DNA of 59,715 nt, from assembly GCA_964507105.1 (NCBI GenBank), contig CAZDOR010000002.1, positions 22,871 to 82,585 on the forward strand, in the 5' to 3' direction. Shown here in pieces: positions 8,476 through 18,383 of this stretch. Numbering within the stretch: the first letter of the stretch is position 1; the number at the start of each line of letters is the position of its first letter. The notes beneath the pieces were generated by a model that was given only the letters and a program-made list of their open reading frames with translations, was not told where the DNA came from and made no database searches. This DNA is from an uncultured Candidatus Saccharibacteria bacterium. Lineage in GTDB: Bacteria > Patescibacteriota > Minisyncoccia > Minisyncoccales > PWPS01. A program made the translations under genes and the position numbers.

Positions 8476-9469
8476 CCAATATGCAGCGAACCGAATAATA
8501 ATTGTCTTTTCCGTAATATTCACGAGGAATACCCGAGGCTGAGCTCAGCTCTCTGGTCCAAGCGGTTCCTCCGAACTCTTCCGTTGCCGTCCACCACTGA
8601 CCCAAAGACCCCTTTCCGTAAAATTCAGTCGTATACCGACCTCCGTGGCGACCACTCCAGTCGGTTTCGTTGGTCCCGCCGTATTCCTGGTCGACCAAAT
8701 AGTCTCTGACCTGCCCGTCTCCTCGAACTTCTTCTTCGGAATCTCCATAAGGAAATTCATTTTCGCACCAAGTTTCCGATTGTCCGGTTTTTTGACAAAC
8801 GGCTCTTTCCATACGAGTGAAATCATCATCGGTGGCCGCTCTCCATCCTTCCGGACAAAGATCTTCTCCACCATCACTTATCGCATCCCAGTTGTAAAGT
8901 CTCCCATACGAGTCACAATTTTCCTCTTCATATTCATAGCAGAAACTGCCCCCTCCGTCGTGATCGGCATAATTGATATTCTCAGCGATCCAGCAATCAT
9001 CTCCTATCTTTACAGTCGAATAGTTTTGCCCGTCACGGGAATCGGTAATCTCTTTTCCGCACGGAAAGGGAGGAATCATCCAGGGAGTCATAACTTCTTG
9101 CAATTCGACTTCCTGAGTTTCCCCTTCGAGATCCCATTGAACGACGGAATCGACCAAACAAGCTCCGTTTTGACAATCGACACTCGTCTCTCTATCAAAT
9201 ACCGTATTCTCATCTTCCGGGGAAATCGTTTCTCCGGAAGTTCCGAAATCCCTGATTTGCTCGTAATCATCGTTTCTGAGAGCACGAATCTCTTCAATTC
9301 CCTCTCGAGCTATCATCAGGGCTTGTGATTTACCCGTACTGTAATTCATCGAAAGTTGAGCACGAATAGCCAGATGAGTAACGGAACCGACACCGACAAT
9401 AAAAACGGCAATAGCCAACATCAACTCCATCAAGCTGGCTCCCCGTTGCTTTTTTTTATCGAATATCAT
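8459..9469 (-). CDS. Minor pilin (PilV-like) fused to a FISUMP/Fib_succ_major domain
   Basis: RG|ASLMELMLAIAVF; CG..ITDSRDGQNYSTVKIGDDCWIAENINY, YGRLYNW, CPEGWR, WWTAT, YSVRCI. Confidence 0.88.
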   Translation of the reverse strand: MIFDKKKQRGASLMELMLAIAVFIVGVGSVTHLAIRAQLSMNYSTGKSQALMIAREGIEEIRALRNDDYEQIRDFGTSGETISPEDENTVFDRETSVDCQNGACLVDSVVQWDLEGETQEVELQEVMTPWMIPPFPCGKEITDSRDGQNYSTVKIGDDCWIAENINYADHDGGGSFCYEYEEENCDSYGRLYNWDAISDGGEDLCPEGWRAATDDDFTRMERAVCQKTGQSETWCENEFPYGDSEEEVRGDGQVRDYLVDQEYGGTNETDWSGRHGGRYTTEFYGKGSLGQWWTATEEFGGTAWTRELSSASGIPREYYGKDNYYSVRCILDEEQY

Positions 9470-9470
9470 T

Positions 9471-9935
9471 TTAATAAGCTTCTATTCTTCCACTTTCGGA
9501 CACTTTTATCGTTTTATTCATCCCTTCGTAACTGAAATTTATTTCACCGGAGCTTTTTCCGGCCCTGAAACCGACCGTATTTCCCGAGTGCCCCCCGGGC
9601 TCATCGACTATCGCCCGGTAATAATATTTACCTCCGAAAATCAATTTTTCAACCTCGGCATCGAAACCACTTTTTTCATTTACGGTAATCGCTTCGGTTT
9701 GTCTGTCGAGATCATCTTTGTCCCTGCCCCATAAGAAAGAAACCTGTGCCTCGTCCCGACCGTAACCGGCACTAAGGAGAGCTCCCCTGAAAGTAGCCAC
9801 ATGCTCTCCATCACGAAAAGATATTCCCGTCGGACGGTCGGTCCGAATCGTTGTTTCAGCCAAAACCATACCACCAAAAAGAAGAGTAAAAAAAACGATA
9901 CAAGTTATTAATAATAATTTTTTACTTTTTATCAT
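9471..9935 (-). CDS. Secreted small beta-sandwich (Fn3-like) protein in the pilus operon
   Basis: Signal peptide; AT.RG, F.WG, YYYRAIV resemble the Fn3-like module also present in 9948..11282. Confidence 0.55.
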   Translation of the reverse strand: MIKSKKLLLITCIVFFTLLFGGMVLAETTIRTDRPTGISFRDGEHVATFRGALLSAGYGRDEAQVSFLWGRDKDDLDRQTEAITVNEKSGFDAEVEKLIFGGKYYYRAIVDEPGGHSGNTVGFRAGKSSGEINFSYEGMNKTIKVSESGRIEAY

Positions 9936-9947
9936 GATTTAAATTTA

Positions 9948-11282
9948 TTATCCGTCGGGAATTTCATCCAGAGGAATTATACATCTACCCGCACCCGCAT
10001 CTCCCAACGTGTGTGGATGGCCGGGAACCCCGAGTCGCTCTCTTTTGACACCCGTCTCACCCTTTCTCAATCTCCTAACCCAAGCACTCATTCCTTGCAT
10101 GCTGGAAGTCCAGAAAATGGCCTCTTCTTCCATTTCTACAAAATCGGATACATCTTCATAATAAAATCCGGCCAGCCGACCCTCCCATCCGGACGCTCCT
10201 CCTTCTTTAAGCATCTCTCCAACCGGACCACCTCTCCATCCCTCTTTTTCCAAATCTTCATCACTCATCCCCAACTCTTCTTCCAGTTCTTTGTAATCTT
10301 CATCGGTGGGTAAGTCCCAAATTGTTGGACAAAGTTCGGTTCGTGCTGCGTTTTGGTTATAAAGAGCTCCATACTCCTTATAGTTATCTTCTTCCATCGC
10401 CTCCGAGACGTCGCTTCCTTCATATCCGTAGACATAATACCGCGGATTATTGTGATGCGAATCCCAGGGCGGATAAACTTCCGGAAGATATCGCATATTT
10501 TCCGCAACCCAACAGGTATCACCCACTTCCACGGTAGGGTATTCACTCCCGTCACGCGGATCGGTAAAATTCTGAGTTCCACATTCGGTAAAGAGTGTTC
10601 CCGTGTTAAAGCCGATAATTTCTCCGCAATCCGTTTCTCCGTCGGATTCACCGCAAGCTCTGAAATAATAACGGGTATTTATATCCAATCCTTCCAGCCG
10701 TGCGGAAAAAGACCCCACTCCACCTTCGCCGGCATCGACCTCTCCGCCTTCCAAATTTTCCGTCTCTCCATACTCGAAATATCTGTCCACTTCCTCGTCC
10801 CCGGCATCATTTTCGACATAACCGTCCACCTCGGCATAATGATCACCCACTTCGGAAAAGCCACGGGTAGCAACTCTCAACACTTCTTCTTCTTCAAGCG
10901 GAAGAATCAGTGGCTCTCCGCTGTTTTTTAAAAATACTACACACTTGCTTTCATCTATCTCTCCACCCGGAGGTAATTCGAAATCATAATGAATTTCTTG
11001 ATCCTCCATACAATCACTTCCACGAAACATCTTGTAGCCATCCCTCTCCTCATTTCGGGTAAACTGGACGCCCCAATCACTATCCAGTTTTCCACTGATC
11101 GCATAAGATTGAGCTCTCTTTAAAATATCGAGCATTGTTTCCACCTCTTCGTTAAAGACTCTCGATTCATAAAAACCCACGGTATAAGGAACCAAAACGA
11201 CACTTATAAGAATAACCAGCCCGATCACTATCATCGTTTCAAAGAGGGTGAACCCGCATTTTCCCTTTTCGACTTTTCCCAT
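9948..11282 (-). CDS. Minor pilin (FimT/FimU-like) + Fn3-like module + FISUMP domain
   Basis: CG|FTLFETMIVIG; AQSYAISG..DSDWGV; RYYFRACG; FTDPRDGSEYPTVEVGDTCWVAENMRY, YGALYN, CPTIWDLP, FWTSS. Confidence 0.88.
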   Translation of the reverse strand: MGKVEKGKCGFTLFETMIVIGLVILISVVLVPYTVGFYESRVFNEEVETMLDILKRAQSYAISGKLDSDWGVQFTRNEERDGYKMFRGSDCMEDQEIHYDFELPPGGEIDESKCVVFLKNSGEPLILPLEEEEVLRVATRGFSEVGDHYAEVDGYVENDAGDEEVDRYFEYGETENLEGGEVDAGEGGVGSFSARLEGLDINTRYYFRACGESDGETDCGEIIGFNTGTLFTECGTQNFTDPRDGSEYPTVEVGDTCWVAENMRYLPEVYPPWDSHHNNPRYYVYGYEGSDVSEAMEEDNYKEYGALYNQNAARTELCPTIWDLPTDEDYKELEEELGMSDEDLEKEGWRGGPVGEMLKEGGASGWEGRLAGFYYEDVSDFVEMEEEAIFWTSSMQGMSAWVRRLRKGETGVKRERLGVPGHPHTLGDAGAGRCIIPLDEIPDG

Positions 11283-11292
11283 TTTTTATTCT

Positions 11293-12339
11293 TTAAAACT
11301 CGTGAGTTACTTCGTAAACGGGGAGAATTATTGCAAAAGCAAGAAAAGCAACCATAACACCCAAAAAGATAAGTATTACCGGCTCCAAAACTACCGGAAG
11401 TTTCTCGGTTTTTCTGGAAACCCGGGTACTGAAAAAATCGGCCAAATAACTGAAGCCTTCTTCGTAAGATCCGGTCTCTTCACCGGTTAGCACCACGGAA
11501 ACGAAAACGCTGGGAAACAAATTGGGGTAATCGGAAAGCGCTTCTCCCAAGCTGACTCCCTTTTGAGTTCTTATTTTTATTTTTTCCATCGCCTCTCTGT
11601 ATCTGATGTTGGTCACCGACTGAGAAACAATTTCGAGAGAGTCGGTTATCGGTAATCCGCTGGCAAAAAGAGTGCTTATCAGCTGAGCGATGACGGTAAG
11701 TTGATATTCTTTTACAAGTCCCTTGGCTATCGGCATTCTCAGCTGAACAGAGTGCCAGAGCTTTTTTATCGGTTCAACTTTCAAAAGTAGCCAGACCGCC
11801 ACTCCGAAAGCGGCCAATCCTCCGAAAACAAAAAGTCCACTTTCCTGCATAGTTTCCGAAATTCCCAGAAGCATTCGAGTAGTGATGTGTAGCTCAACAT
11901 CCAAGCTGTTAAAAACGGAAACCAAATCGGGCAAAATAAAGATGGAGAGTCCGGCGGCCAATAAAACCGCAAAACCCAAAATTAATTTCGGGTAAAGAGT
12001 AGCCGAACTGATATCTTCTTTAAGTTTACTGCTTCTTTCCAACCAGCTGCCTAAATTTTCAAGATTTTCTTCCAGGGTTCCCGATTCTTCACCGGCTCGA
12101 ATAAAACTGACGAATATTCTTCCGAAGTAAGGATTCTCGTCAAATATTTCATAAAGTGAAGTTCCTTTTTCAACCTTTTCCTGGGCCTTCTCCAGGGTTT
12201 GGGTAAGAGCCGGAACTCTGGATTGCTCAGCTAAAAGCTCAAAAGACTCATTAATCGGCTTACCACTTTTAATCAGAAGAGATAGATTTTTAACCAAATC
12301 CACTTTCTCCTGAGTGTTTATTTTTTTGAATACGGCCAT
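11293..12339 (-). CDS. pilC: Type IV pilus platform protein PilC (GspF family)
   Basis: Two T2SSF repeats, GEESGTLEENL / GEETGSYEEG, YP, EP, final TM AIILPVY. Confidence 0.95.
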   Translation of the reverse strand: MAVFKKINTQEKVDLVKNLSLLIKSGKPINESFELLAEQSRVPALTQTLEKAQEKVEKGTSLYEIFDENPYFGRIFVSFIRAGEESGTLEENLENLGSWLERSSKLKEDISSATLYPKLILGFAVLLAAGLSIFILPDLVSVFNSLDVELHITTRMLLGISETMQESGLFVFGGLAAFGVAVWLLLKVEPIKKLWHSVQLRMPIAKGLVKEYQLTVIAQLISTLFASGLPITDSLEIVSQSVTNIRYREAMEKIKIRTQKGVSLGEALSDYPNLFPSVFVSVVLTGEETGSYEEGFSYLADFFSTRVSRKTEKLPVVLEPVILIFLGVMVAFLAFAIILPVYEVTHEF

Positions 12340-12343
12340 GGAG

Positions 12344-12724
12344 TTAAGCGATTATTTTGTCTTCTACCCCCAAAAGCTCTCTCATCTTTTCGACCACTTG
12401 GGAAAAAGAATCCTCTTCTTTTACAAAATAGCCCTCAGCAACCCGGTTGCCTTCTTTTCTGTCCACTTCTTGATTGAGGGTAGTCAGAATTATAAAAGGA
12501 ATTCCGGAAAGTTCTTTGATTTTTTTGGTTTCTTTTATCAATTTAAAACCGTCCTTGAAGGGGATCAGAATTTCGGTAACCACCAAGTCCGGCTTTTCCT
12601 CTTTTATCTTTTTGAAGGCTTCTTCACCGTCTCTGGCAGAAATAAACTCTATCTTCTCTCCGAGCTTTTTTTTATACAATTTTATGTAAAAATCGTCCTT
12701 GTCTACGAATAATATTTTTTTCAT
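12344..12724 (-). CDS. Single-domain response regulator, atypical receiver (phospho-Asp replaced by Glu)
   Basis: ILFVDKD, ARDGEEA, KPDLVVTEILIP (E at the D position), IILTT, YFVK. Confidence 0.85.
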   Translation of the reverse strand: MKKILFVDKDDFYIKLYKKKLGEKIEFISARDGEEAFKKIKEEKPDLVVTEILIPFKDGFKLIKETKKIKELSGIPFIILTTLNQEVDRKEGNRVAEGYFVKEEDSFSQVVEKMRELLGVEDKIIA

Positions 12725-12734
12725 AATTTTTTGA

Positions 12735-14435
12735 TTAAGCTTTTGCCGCCTTACTTATCTCCTCCAAGGTAGTTTCTCCCATCAGGGCTTTCATTACTCC
12801 GTCTTGAACCATGGTCGTCATACCTTCTTTCATCGCCTGCTTTTTAATCAAGTCCGAAGTTTTTTTATTACTAACCAAGGATTTTATTTTTTCCGATATT
12901 TCCAAAACCTCAAAAATAGCCGTACGACCGGAATATCCGCTTCCTTCACAAACTTTACAGCCATTACCTTTGTAAAATCTTATCTTCGACAAGTCCTCTT
13001 CACCGGAAATCTTTTTTACGGTTTCCGGAAGCCCCTCTACTTCGGAAAGCAATTCCAGCTCTTCATCGGATAAGAAATGACTTCGCTTACACTTATTGCA
13101 GATCGTTCTAACCAACCTCTGGGCAATAATCACATTTACGGAAGAAGAAACAAGAAAAGGTTCGGCATTCATCTCCAAAAATCTGGGGAAAGTGGTGGCC
13201 GCATCGTTGGCATGCATGGTAGTTAAAACCAGATGACCGGTCATGGCTGAATTTAAGGCCATATCAACCGTTTCTTCATCCCTTATCTCACCGACCATAA
13301 TTACATCCGGATCCTGGCGAACTATCGCCCTAAGACCTTCCAGAAAGGTCACCCCCTTTTCCGGATTGACTTGGGTTTGTTGAACACCTTCCACATTATA
13401 TTCGGTCGGATCCTCGACCGTCATTATATTAACTTCGGGATTGGATAACATCTGTAATACGGAATAGAGAGTGGTACTCTTACCCGACCCGGTCGGACCG
13501 ACCACCACTATCATGCCATACGGTTTTCTCGCCGCCTTTTTCACCCTTTTCAGGTCTTTATCCAACAAGCCGAGCTCATCTATTGAAAAGCGGTTACCTT
13601 CTTGCATTAAGAGTCTCATAACTATATTTTCCCCCTCGGTGGTCGGCATTACCGAGACCCTCATATCTATTTTCCCTCCATTGGTTAATTCGAACTCAAA
13701 ACGTCCATCTTGAGTGGCTTCTTTCTCATCAGTTCTCAACCGAGCCATTATTTTTAATCTGGATGTAATTCGATCATGTAGTTTTTTCGGATACTCGGCA
13801 ACCTTGTGTAAAATACCATCAACCCGAAATCGTATTATTCCCGAATCGGATTGGGGTTCTATGTGTATATCCGAAGCGGTATTACTTTCCGCATAATCAA
13901 CTATGGAATTAACGAACTGAACCACACTTTCCTCAGCCCCTTCACCTTTTTTCTTTCTCATCTTTTCTATCAATTCAGTAAGTCTGGTGGAAAGATTTCC
14001 CTTGTATTTTTTCAGAGCCTGCTCCATATCAAAAGGAGTGGCATAATGGACATTGACTTTCTTGCTCGCCTTCTGCTCCAAGGTTTTTAAAAAAGTATAA
14101 TTTCCCGGATCGGAAGTAGCCACTTTTATCTCTTCGGAATTTTCATCGAAAACTATCGCTTTTTGGCTTTGAGCTACAACTTCCGGAATGTAATTAAGCA
14201 TTTTACCGCTTATCTCATCTATATTCTGTTTTTTAAGATTAATATAATCATACCCGGATTCATCGGCTATTATTCTCCCCAAGTTTTCATCCTTTATCAA
14301 CCCCTTTTTAACCAGCGCCTCCTCTATGGTGGATTCGTCCAATCGGGAAATTCTCAAGGCCTCTTCGAATCCTTCCGCGGAAACGTGCCTCGGCTCAACC
14401 AATATTCTTTTTAATTTTTCTTCTGATAAAAACAT
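12735..14435 (-). CDS. pilB: Type IV pilus assembly ATPase PilB (GspE family)
   Basis: ASDIHIEP, Walker A GPTGSGKST, TVEDPTEY, RQDPDVIMVGEIRD, GHLVLTTMH, Zn tetracysteine. Confidence 0.96.
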   Translation of the reverse strand: MFLSEEKLKRILVEPRHVSAEGFEEALRISRLDESTIEEALVKKGLIKDENLGRIIADESGYDYINLKKQNIDEISGKMLNYIPEVVAQSQKAIVFDENSEEIKVATSDPGNYTFLKTLEQKASKKVNVHYATPFDMEQALKKYKGNLSTRLTELIEKMRKKKGEGAEESVVQFVNSIVDYAESNTASDIHIEPQSDSGIIRFRVDGILHKVAEYPKKLHDRITSRLKIMARLRTDEKEATQDGRFEFELTNGGKIDMRVSVMPTTEGENIVMRLLMQEGNRFSIDELGLLDKDLKRVKKAARKPYGMIVVVGPTGSGKSTTLYSVLQMLSNPEVNIMTVEDPTEYNVEGVQQTQVNPEKGVTFLEGLRAIVRQDPDVIMVGEIRDEETVDMALNSAMTGHLVLTTMHANDAATTFPRFLEMNAEPFLVSSSVNVIIAQRLVRTICNKCKRSHFLSDEELELLSEVEGLPETVKKISGEEDLSKIRFYKGNGCKVCEGSGYSGRTAIFEVLEISEKIKSLVSNKKTSDLIKKQAMKEGMTTMVQDGVMKALMGETTLEEISKAAKA

Positions 14436-14448
14436 CTATTTATAAAAA

Positions 14449-15096
14449 TTATCCACCGACCGTCCTCAAGCTTTCCATCTCCATATCTTTTTTTATGAGT
14501 GATATCTTTCTGTAACTACGAACCGTAGCGACTACCGTAATCGGTAAGGTGGCAATCAACCCCAAAATTATAAATAAAGCAGAAACGTTAAATCCGATCA
14601 AAATCAAATATAAAATCAAGAGATCGAAGAAAAAACCTCCCGTAACTTTCCAGCTTTTCAATAAGGACTCCAGGGCCGGACCGTCACCTTGAAGTATATA
14701 AAATAAACTGTAAGAAAATCTTACAGCAAGAAAAATCCCCGGTATTACAAAAAGAAGCAGGCCCACCGACACTAAAACCGAATAAAACAGAAATCCTATC
14801 AAAAAATCGGGTAACCGATAATATCCGGAAAAAAGATGGGAAAAACTAATCGAATTTCCATCGTGTAAGTCTATCCCCATCCTCAAATAACCCATAAGAA
14901 CCAAAAACCCGACCAAAAGGACGGGAATGACGAACATAGTACCCAAAAACTCATTAACTCTCATTATTCGAGAAGTCAAATAAAGTGGAAGAACCCAAAC
15001 CAAAACGGCAACGGCGCTAACCGCCATTAATCCAACAGGATTTTCACCGAATTTCTTAAAGCCGTATTTTATTACATCTGCTTTGGAAAACTCCAT
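14449..15096 (-). CDS. Integral membrane protein (DUF975-like)
   Basis: 4-5 TMs; LFSGY, LLLFVIPGI...YS, AL..SWK.T.G pattern. Confidence 0.65.
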   Translation of the reverse strand: MEFSKADVIKYGFKKFGENPVGLMAVSAVAVLVWVLPLYLTSRIMRVNEFLGTMFVIPVLLVGFLVLMGYLRMGIDLHDGNSISFSHLFSGYYRLPDFLIGFLFYSVLVSVGLLLFVIPGIFLAVRFSYSLFYILQGDGPALESLLKSWKVTGGFFFDLLILYLILIGFNVSALFIILGLIATLPITVVATVRSYRKISLIKKDMEMESLRTVGG

Positions 15097-15101
15097 GTTG
15101 A

Positions 15102-15227
15102 CTAATTGTCATCTTCTTCCAACTTCATCGGTTCTCCACAGCAGATTAATTCACCATAGCTCCCCTCCACAACTTCAACCACGTTTCCACAAATTTCGCA
15201 TTTGTATTTTTCTCCTTTTTCGGGCAT
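15102..15227 (-). CDS. Stand-alone desulforedoxin-like [Fe(Cys)4] protein, 41 aa (not in ORF track)
   Basis: [41 protein letters not shown]; CxxC...CC motif; fits the gap between neighbouring genes. Confidence 0.9.
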   Translation of the reverse strand: MPEKGEKYKCEICGNVVEVVEGSYGELICCGEPMKLEEDDN

Positions 15228-15230
15228 ATT

Positions 15231-15626
15231 TTATTTTTTTAAATTTATAATTTTCTTTTCGACTCTTTTTATTTCTTCTGAAATTTGATTTATTTGTTCT
15301 TTTAATTCCTCCTTTGTCTTTTTTTCTCCAAAATACTTATCTTCGATCCTGAAAAATCGGTTCTCTATTTCCGCATACTCCTCAAAAAGCTCTTCTTTTT
15401 TGGAGGAATCGACATCTTCAATTTCGATTAGTCTGTCTCCGAAAGTGACCACTCTTCTCGCCTTGCCAAGCTCGGATTCCAAGCTAATTTCTTCTTTTTT
15501 TTCCGGCTCAAGATCTTTTTTGTTTGCTTTCCGATTAAAAAGAAAAACTAAAGATATTCCGATAATTATCAAAAGAGCAATAATGGTTAGCGTTTTTTTG
15601 TCTATTTTCTTATTGAATAATATCAC
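15231..15626 (-). CDS. Membrane-anchored helical hypothetical protein
   Basis: N-terminal TM then K/E-rich helices. Confidence 0.7.
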   Translation of the reverse strand: MILFNKKIDKKTLTIIALLIIIGISLVFLFNRKANKKDLEPEKKEEISLESELGKARRVVTFGDRLIEIEDVDSSKKEELFEEYAEIENRFFRIEDKYFGEKKTKEELKEQINQISEEIKRVEKKIINLKK

Positions 15627-15645
15627 TTCAAAAGCTAAAAATCAA

Positions 15646-16539
15646 TTAAATTTTTAAATACTTTCCGACGGACAACAAAGAAGAAAGCAAGCTCAACCCG
15701 ACTGCGGTTGAAAATTGCAAATAGAAAATAAGACTCATGTTTTCAATAATGTGATGTTCCAAATCAATACCGAAAACATTGTATCCTTGTGACATTACTC
15801 CCGCCAAACCTAATAAAACAATAAGGGAAAGTAAACCGGCAAAAAGCCCCATTATAAATCCCTGAATCAGGAAGGAGGACCTTATAAATCCGTTGGAAGC
15901 CCCTACCAATTTCATAATTCTTATCTCTTGACTCAAACTGTAAATGGATAGTTTTATAACTCCGAAAACTATAAATACGGAAACCAGGGCAAGCACCCCA
16001 CCGGCAACAAAAAGAGATCTCCTTATTCGATCAGTTATGGCGAATATCGACTCTATCGCCCCCTTTCTTCTGTAAAAATCTATTTCATCAATACTTTCGG
16101 AATAATTACCTCTCAAATAATCAGCTATTTGCCGATAATGATCAACCCCGTCGGCACTGATTCGTAGAGATGAAAAAAACGGATTACCGACCTCGTCCAA
16201 AGCTTCCATCAAGGTCTCATCATCACCGAAGTTTTCTCTGAAATTTTCCAACGCTTCCGTCCGAGAAATATAAGAGGTCGACAGCTCGAACTCTTCTTCC
16301 AACTCTTCTCTTATGGACATAATCTCTCCTTCCGAAACGGGAGGGTTAAAATAAACACTGATATCCGCTCTCTTCTCCGCTTCCGTAACCATTTCTTCCG
16401 AAATTTCACCGGCCAAAAAAAGTGAAGTGGACAAAAAGGAAGTAGCCATTAGGACGATAACTGCAACGAAGGAAAGCCCACTTGATCTTTTAAAATTTTT
16501 CAGGCCGAGCACTATTGATCTTTTTATTGAGATAAACAT
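15646..16539 (-). CDS. ftsX: Cell division permease FtsX
   Basis: 4 TMs, EI.IMKLVGASN.FI, adjacent to ftsE; start moved to MFISIK. Confidence 0.92.
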   Translation of the reverse strand: MFISIKRSIVLGLKNFKRSSGLSFVAVIVLMATSFLSTSLFLAGEISEEMVTEAEKRADISVYFNPPVSEGEIMSIREELEEEFELSTSYISRTEALENFRENFGDDETLMEALDEVGNPFFSSLRISADGVDHYRQIADYLRGNYSESIDEIDFYRRKGAIESIFAITDRIRRSLFVAGGVLALVSVFIVFGVIKLSIYSLSQEIRIMKLVGASNGFIRSSFLIQGFIMGLFAGLLSLIVLLGLAGVMSQGYNVFGIDLEHHIIENMSLIFYLQFSTAVGLSLLSSLLSVGKYLKI

Positions 16540-16546
16540 ATTTTTA

Positions 16547-17242
16547 TTACAATCTAAAACCACCTTCTTTTTTATCGCTTATTATCTCTTTATCCCGTAG
16601 AGTAAGTACTCTTTCTCGTAAGTAATCAACGATATCCTTGTCGTGAGTAGCTAAAAGAACGGTGGTTCCCGTTTCATTTATCTTTTTTAATAAATCCACT
16701 ATTTTTCGAGAATGATAGGGATCCAAGTCACCGGTGGGCTCATCAGCCAAAATAACGTCGGGATCGTGAATCAGAGCTCTGGCAATAGCTGCTCTCTGTT
16801 TTTCACCGCCGGACAACTGGTCGGGAAATTGTTCCGCCTGCTGAGAAAGCCCCACCACCTCCAAAAGTTCCGGCACGTCCCGCTTAATTTCCTCCGCGGG
16901 AGCCCCGATTACTTTTAAGCCGTAAGAAACATTTTCATAAACGGTCCTCGAGGTGAGAAGTTTGTAATCCTGAAAGATAACCCCCATTCTTCTCCTTATT
17001 TTATAAAATTTTCTTTTCGGAATGTCGGACAAGGAAGTTCCGTCAAAAATTATATCCCCTTCGGTAACACCCTCTTCACCAAGTAAAAGCTTGATCAGAG
17101 TTGTTTTGCCCGCACCGGAAGCTCCGACAACGGAGACGAGCTCTCCTTTTTTCACCTGAAAAGAAACCTCATCCAAAACCACGGTTTCCGTTTTGTTTTT
17201 ATATGCCGGATAAATTTTGGTAACTTGATCGAATGTTATCAT
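16547..17242 (-). CDS. ftsE: Cell division ATP-binding protein FtsE
   Basis: GASGAGKTT, IFQDYKLL, LSGGEKQR, LADEPTG. Confidence 0.95.
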   Translation of the reverse strand: MITFDQVTKIYPAYKNKTETVVLDEVSFQVKKGELVSVVGASGAGKTTLIKLLLGEEGVTEGDIIFDGTSLSDIPKRKFYKIRRRMGVIFQDYKLLTSRTVYENVSYGLKVIGAPAEEIKRDVPELLEVVGLSQQAEQFPDQLSGGEKQRAAIARALIHDPDVILADEPTGDLDPYHSRKIVDLLKKINETGTTVLLATHDKDIVDYLRERVLTLRDKEIISDKKEGGFRL

Positions 17243-17259
17243 TTAATTTAACGACTTAT

Positions 17260-18361
17260 TTAGTCATCTTCGGAATTCAATTTTATTTGCGCCCGGATGA
17301 ATTCATTCAATTCCCCCTCCAGAACGGAATCGATATTACTCGTTTCGATTCCGGTCCTCGTATCTTTAACCAGTTTATAGGGGTGTAAAACGTAATTCCT
17401 GATTTGATTCCCCCAGCTGGCGGAAGATTCATCTCGAACGTTTTCGAGTCTTTTTTTTCTTTGTTTTTCCTTTAATTCAAAGAGCTTCGATTTCAATATT
17501 CCCAGTGCCTCCATCTTGTTTTTTCCTTGACTTCTTTCCGACTGGCAGGAAACGGTTATTTCCGTGGGTAAGTGTGTTATTCTAACCGCCGTCTCTCTCC
17601 TGTTTACGTGTTGCCCTCCGGGTCCGCTGGCTCTGTATGTATCTATCCTCAAATCTTCGTCTTTTAATTCGATATCGGAACCTTCACTACCCAAATCGGG
17701 TAAAACGTCGACCTTGGCGAAAGAGGTGTGTCTGACATCCTTATCGGAAAAGGGAGAGATCCTGACGAGTCTGTGGACTCCCGATTCTTTTTTCAAAAGA
17801 CCGAACGCATATTCTCCGGAAACTTTGAAATTAATATGCTTCATGCCCACCCTTCCGTCCGGACCACCGGCTTCTCCGTAAGAAACATCCGTTCGCTTTA
17901 AATCAAAATCTTTTTTCTCACAATATTTTCCATACATTCTATAGAGCATTGCCACCCAATCCTCGGCATCCCGACCACCGGCTCCGGAATGTATTTCGAT
18001 CAAGGCATCTTTTTTGTCCCATTTTCCGGACAGATAAATCATTGTCTCCCTTTCTCGAACCCGGAACTCCAAATCATCCATATCTTCTTCCAACTCTCTC
18101 TTCATTTTCTCGTCCGGATTCAACTCGGATAATTCCTCGATCTCCTCGAGCTTATTTTTAAATGATTCTATCACACTAATTTTCTCCTTTAAAGCAGAGA
18201 TTCTTTTTTTTATGGCTACCGCCTCTTCCCGGTTGTCCCACAGATTGGGATCCTGAGCTTTTTTCTCCAGCTTTTTCAATTCCTTTTTCTTACTTTTCGG
18301 GTCAAAGACAGTCCTCCAAATGGAGGATTTTATCTTTTAATTCTTCTAATTTTTCTCGCAT
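17260..18361 (-). CDS. prfB: Peptide chain release factor 2 with a programmed +1 frameshift (about 366 aa)
   Basis: ATG at 18361, 19 codons to CTT TGA C (18307..18301) with upstream GGAGG; SPF and GGQ motifs in the downstream frame. Confidence 0.95.
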
Positions 18362-18383
18362 AAAATTGGTTTATTTTATCCTG

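Noticed and set aside
8459-11282. Diversity-generating retroelement acting on the FISUMP pilins or on the repeated blocks
   Set aside because: No reverse transcriptase or Avd gene and no TR/VR pair with adenine-specific mismatches in the window; the repeats found are exact. A remote DGR cannot be excluded.
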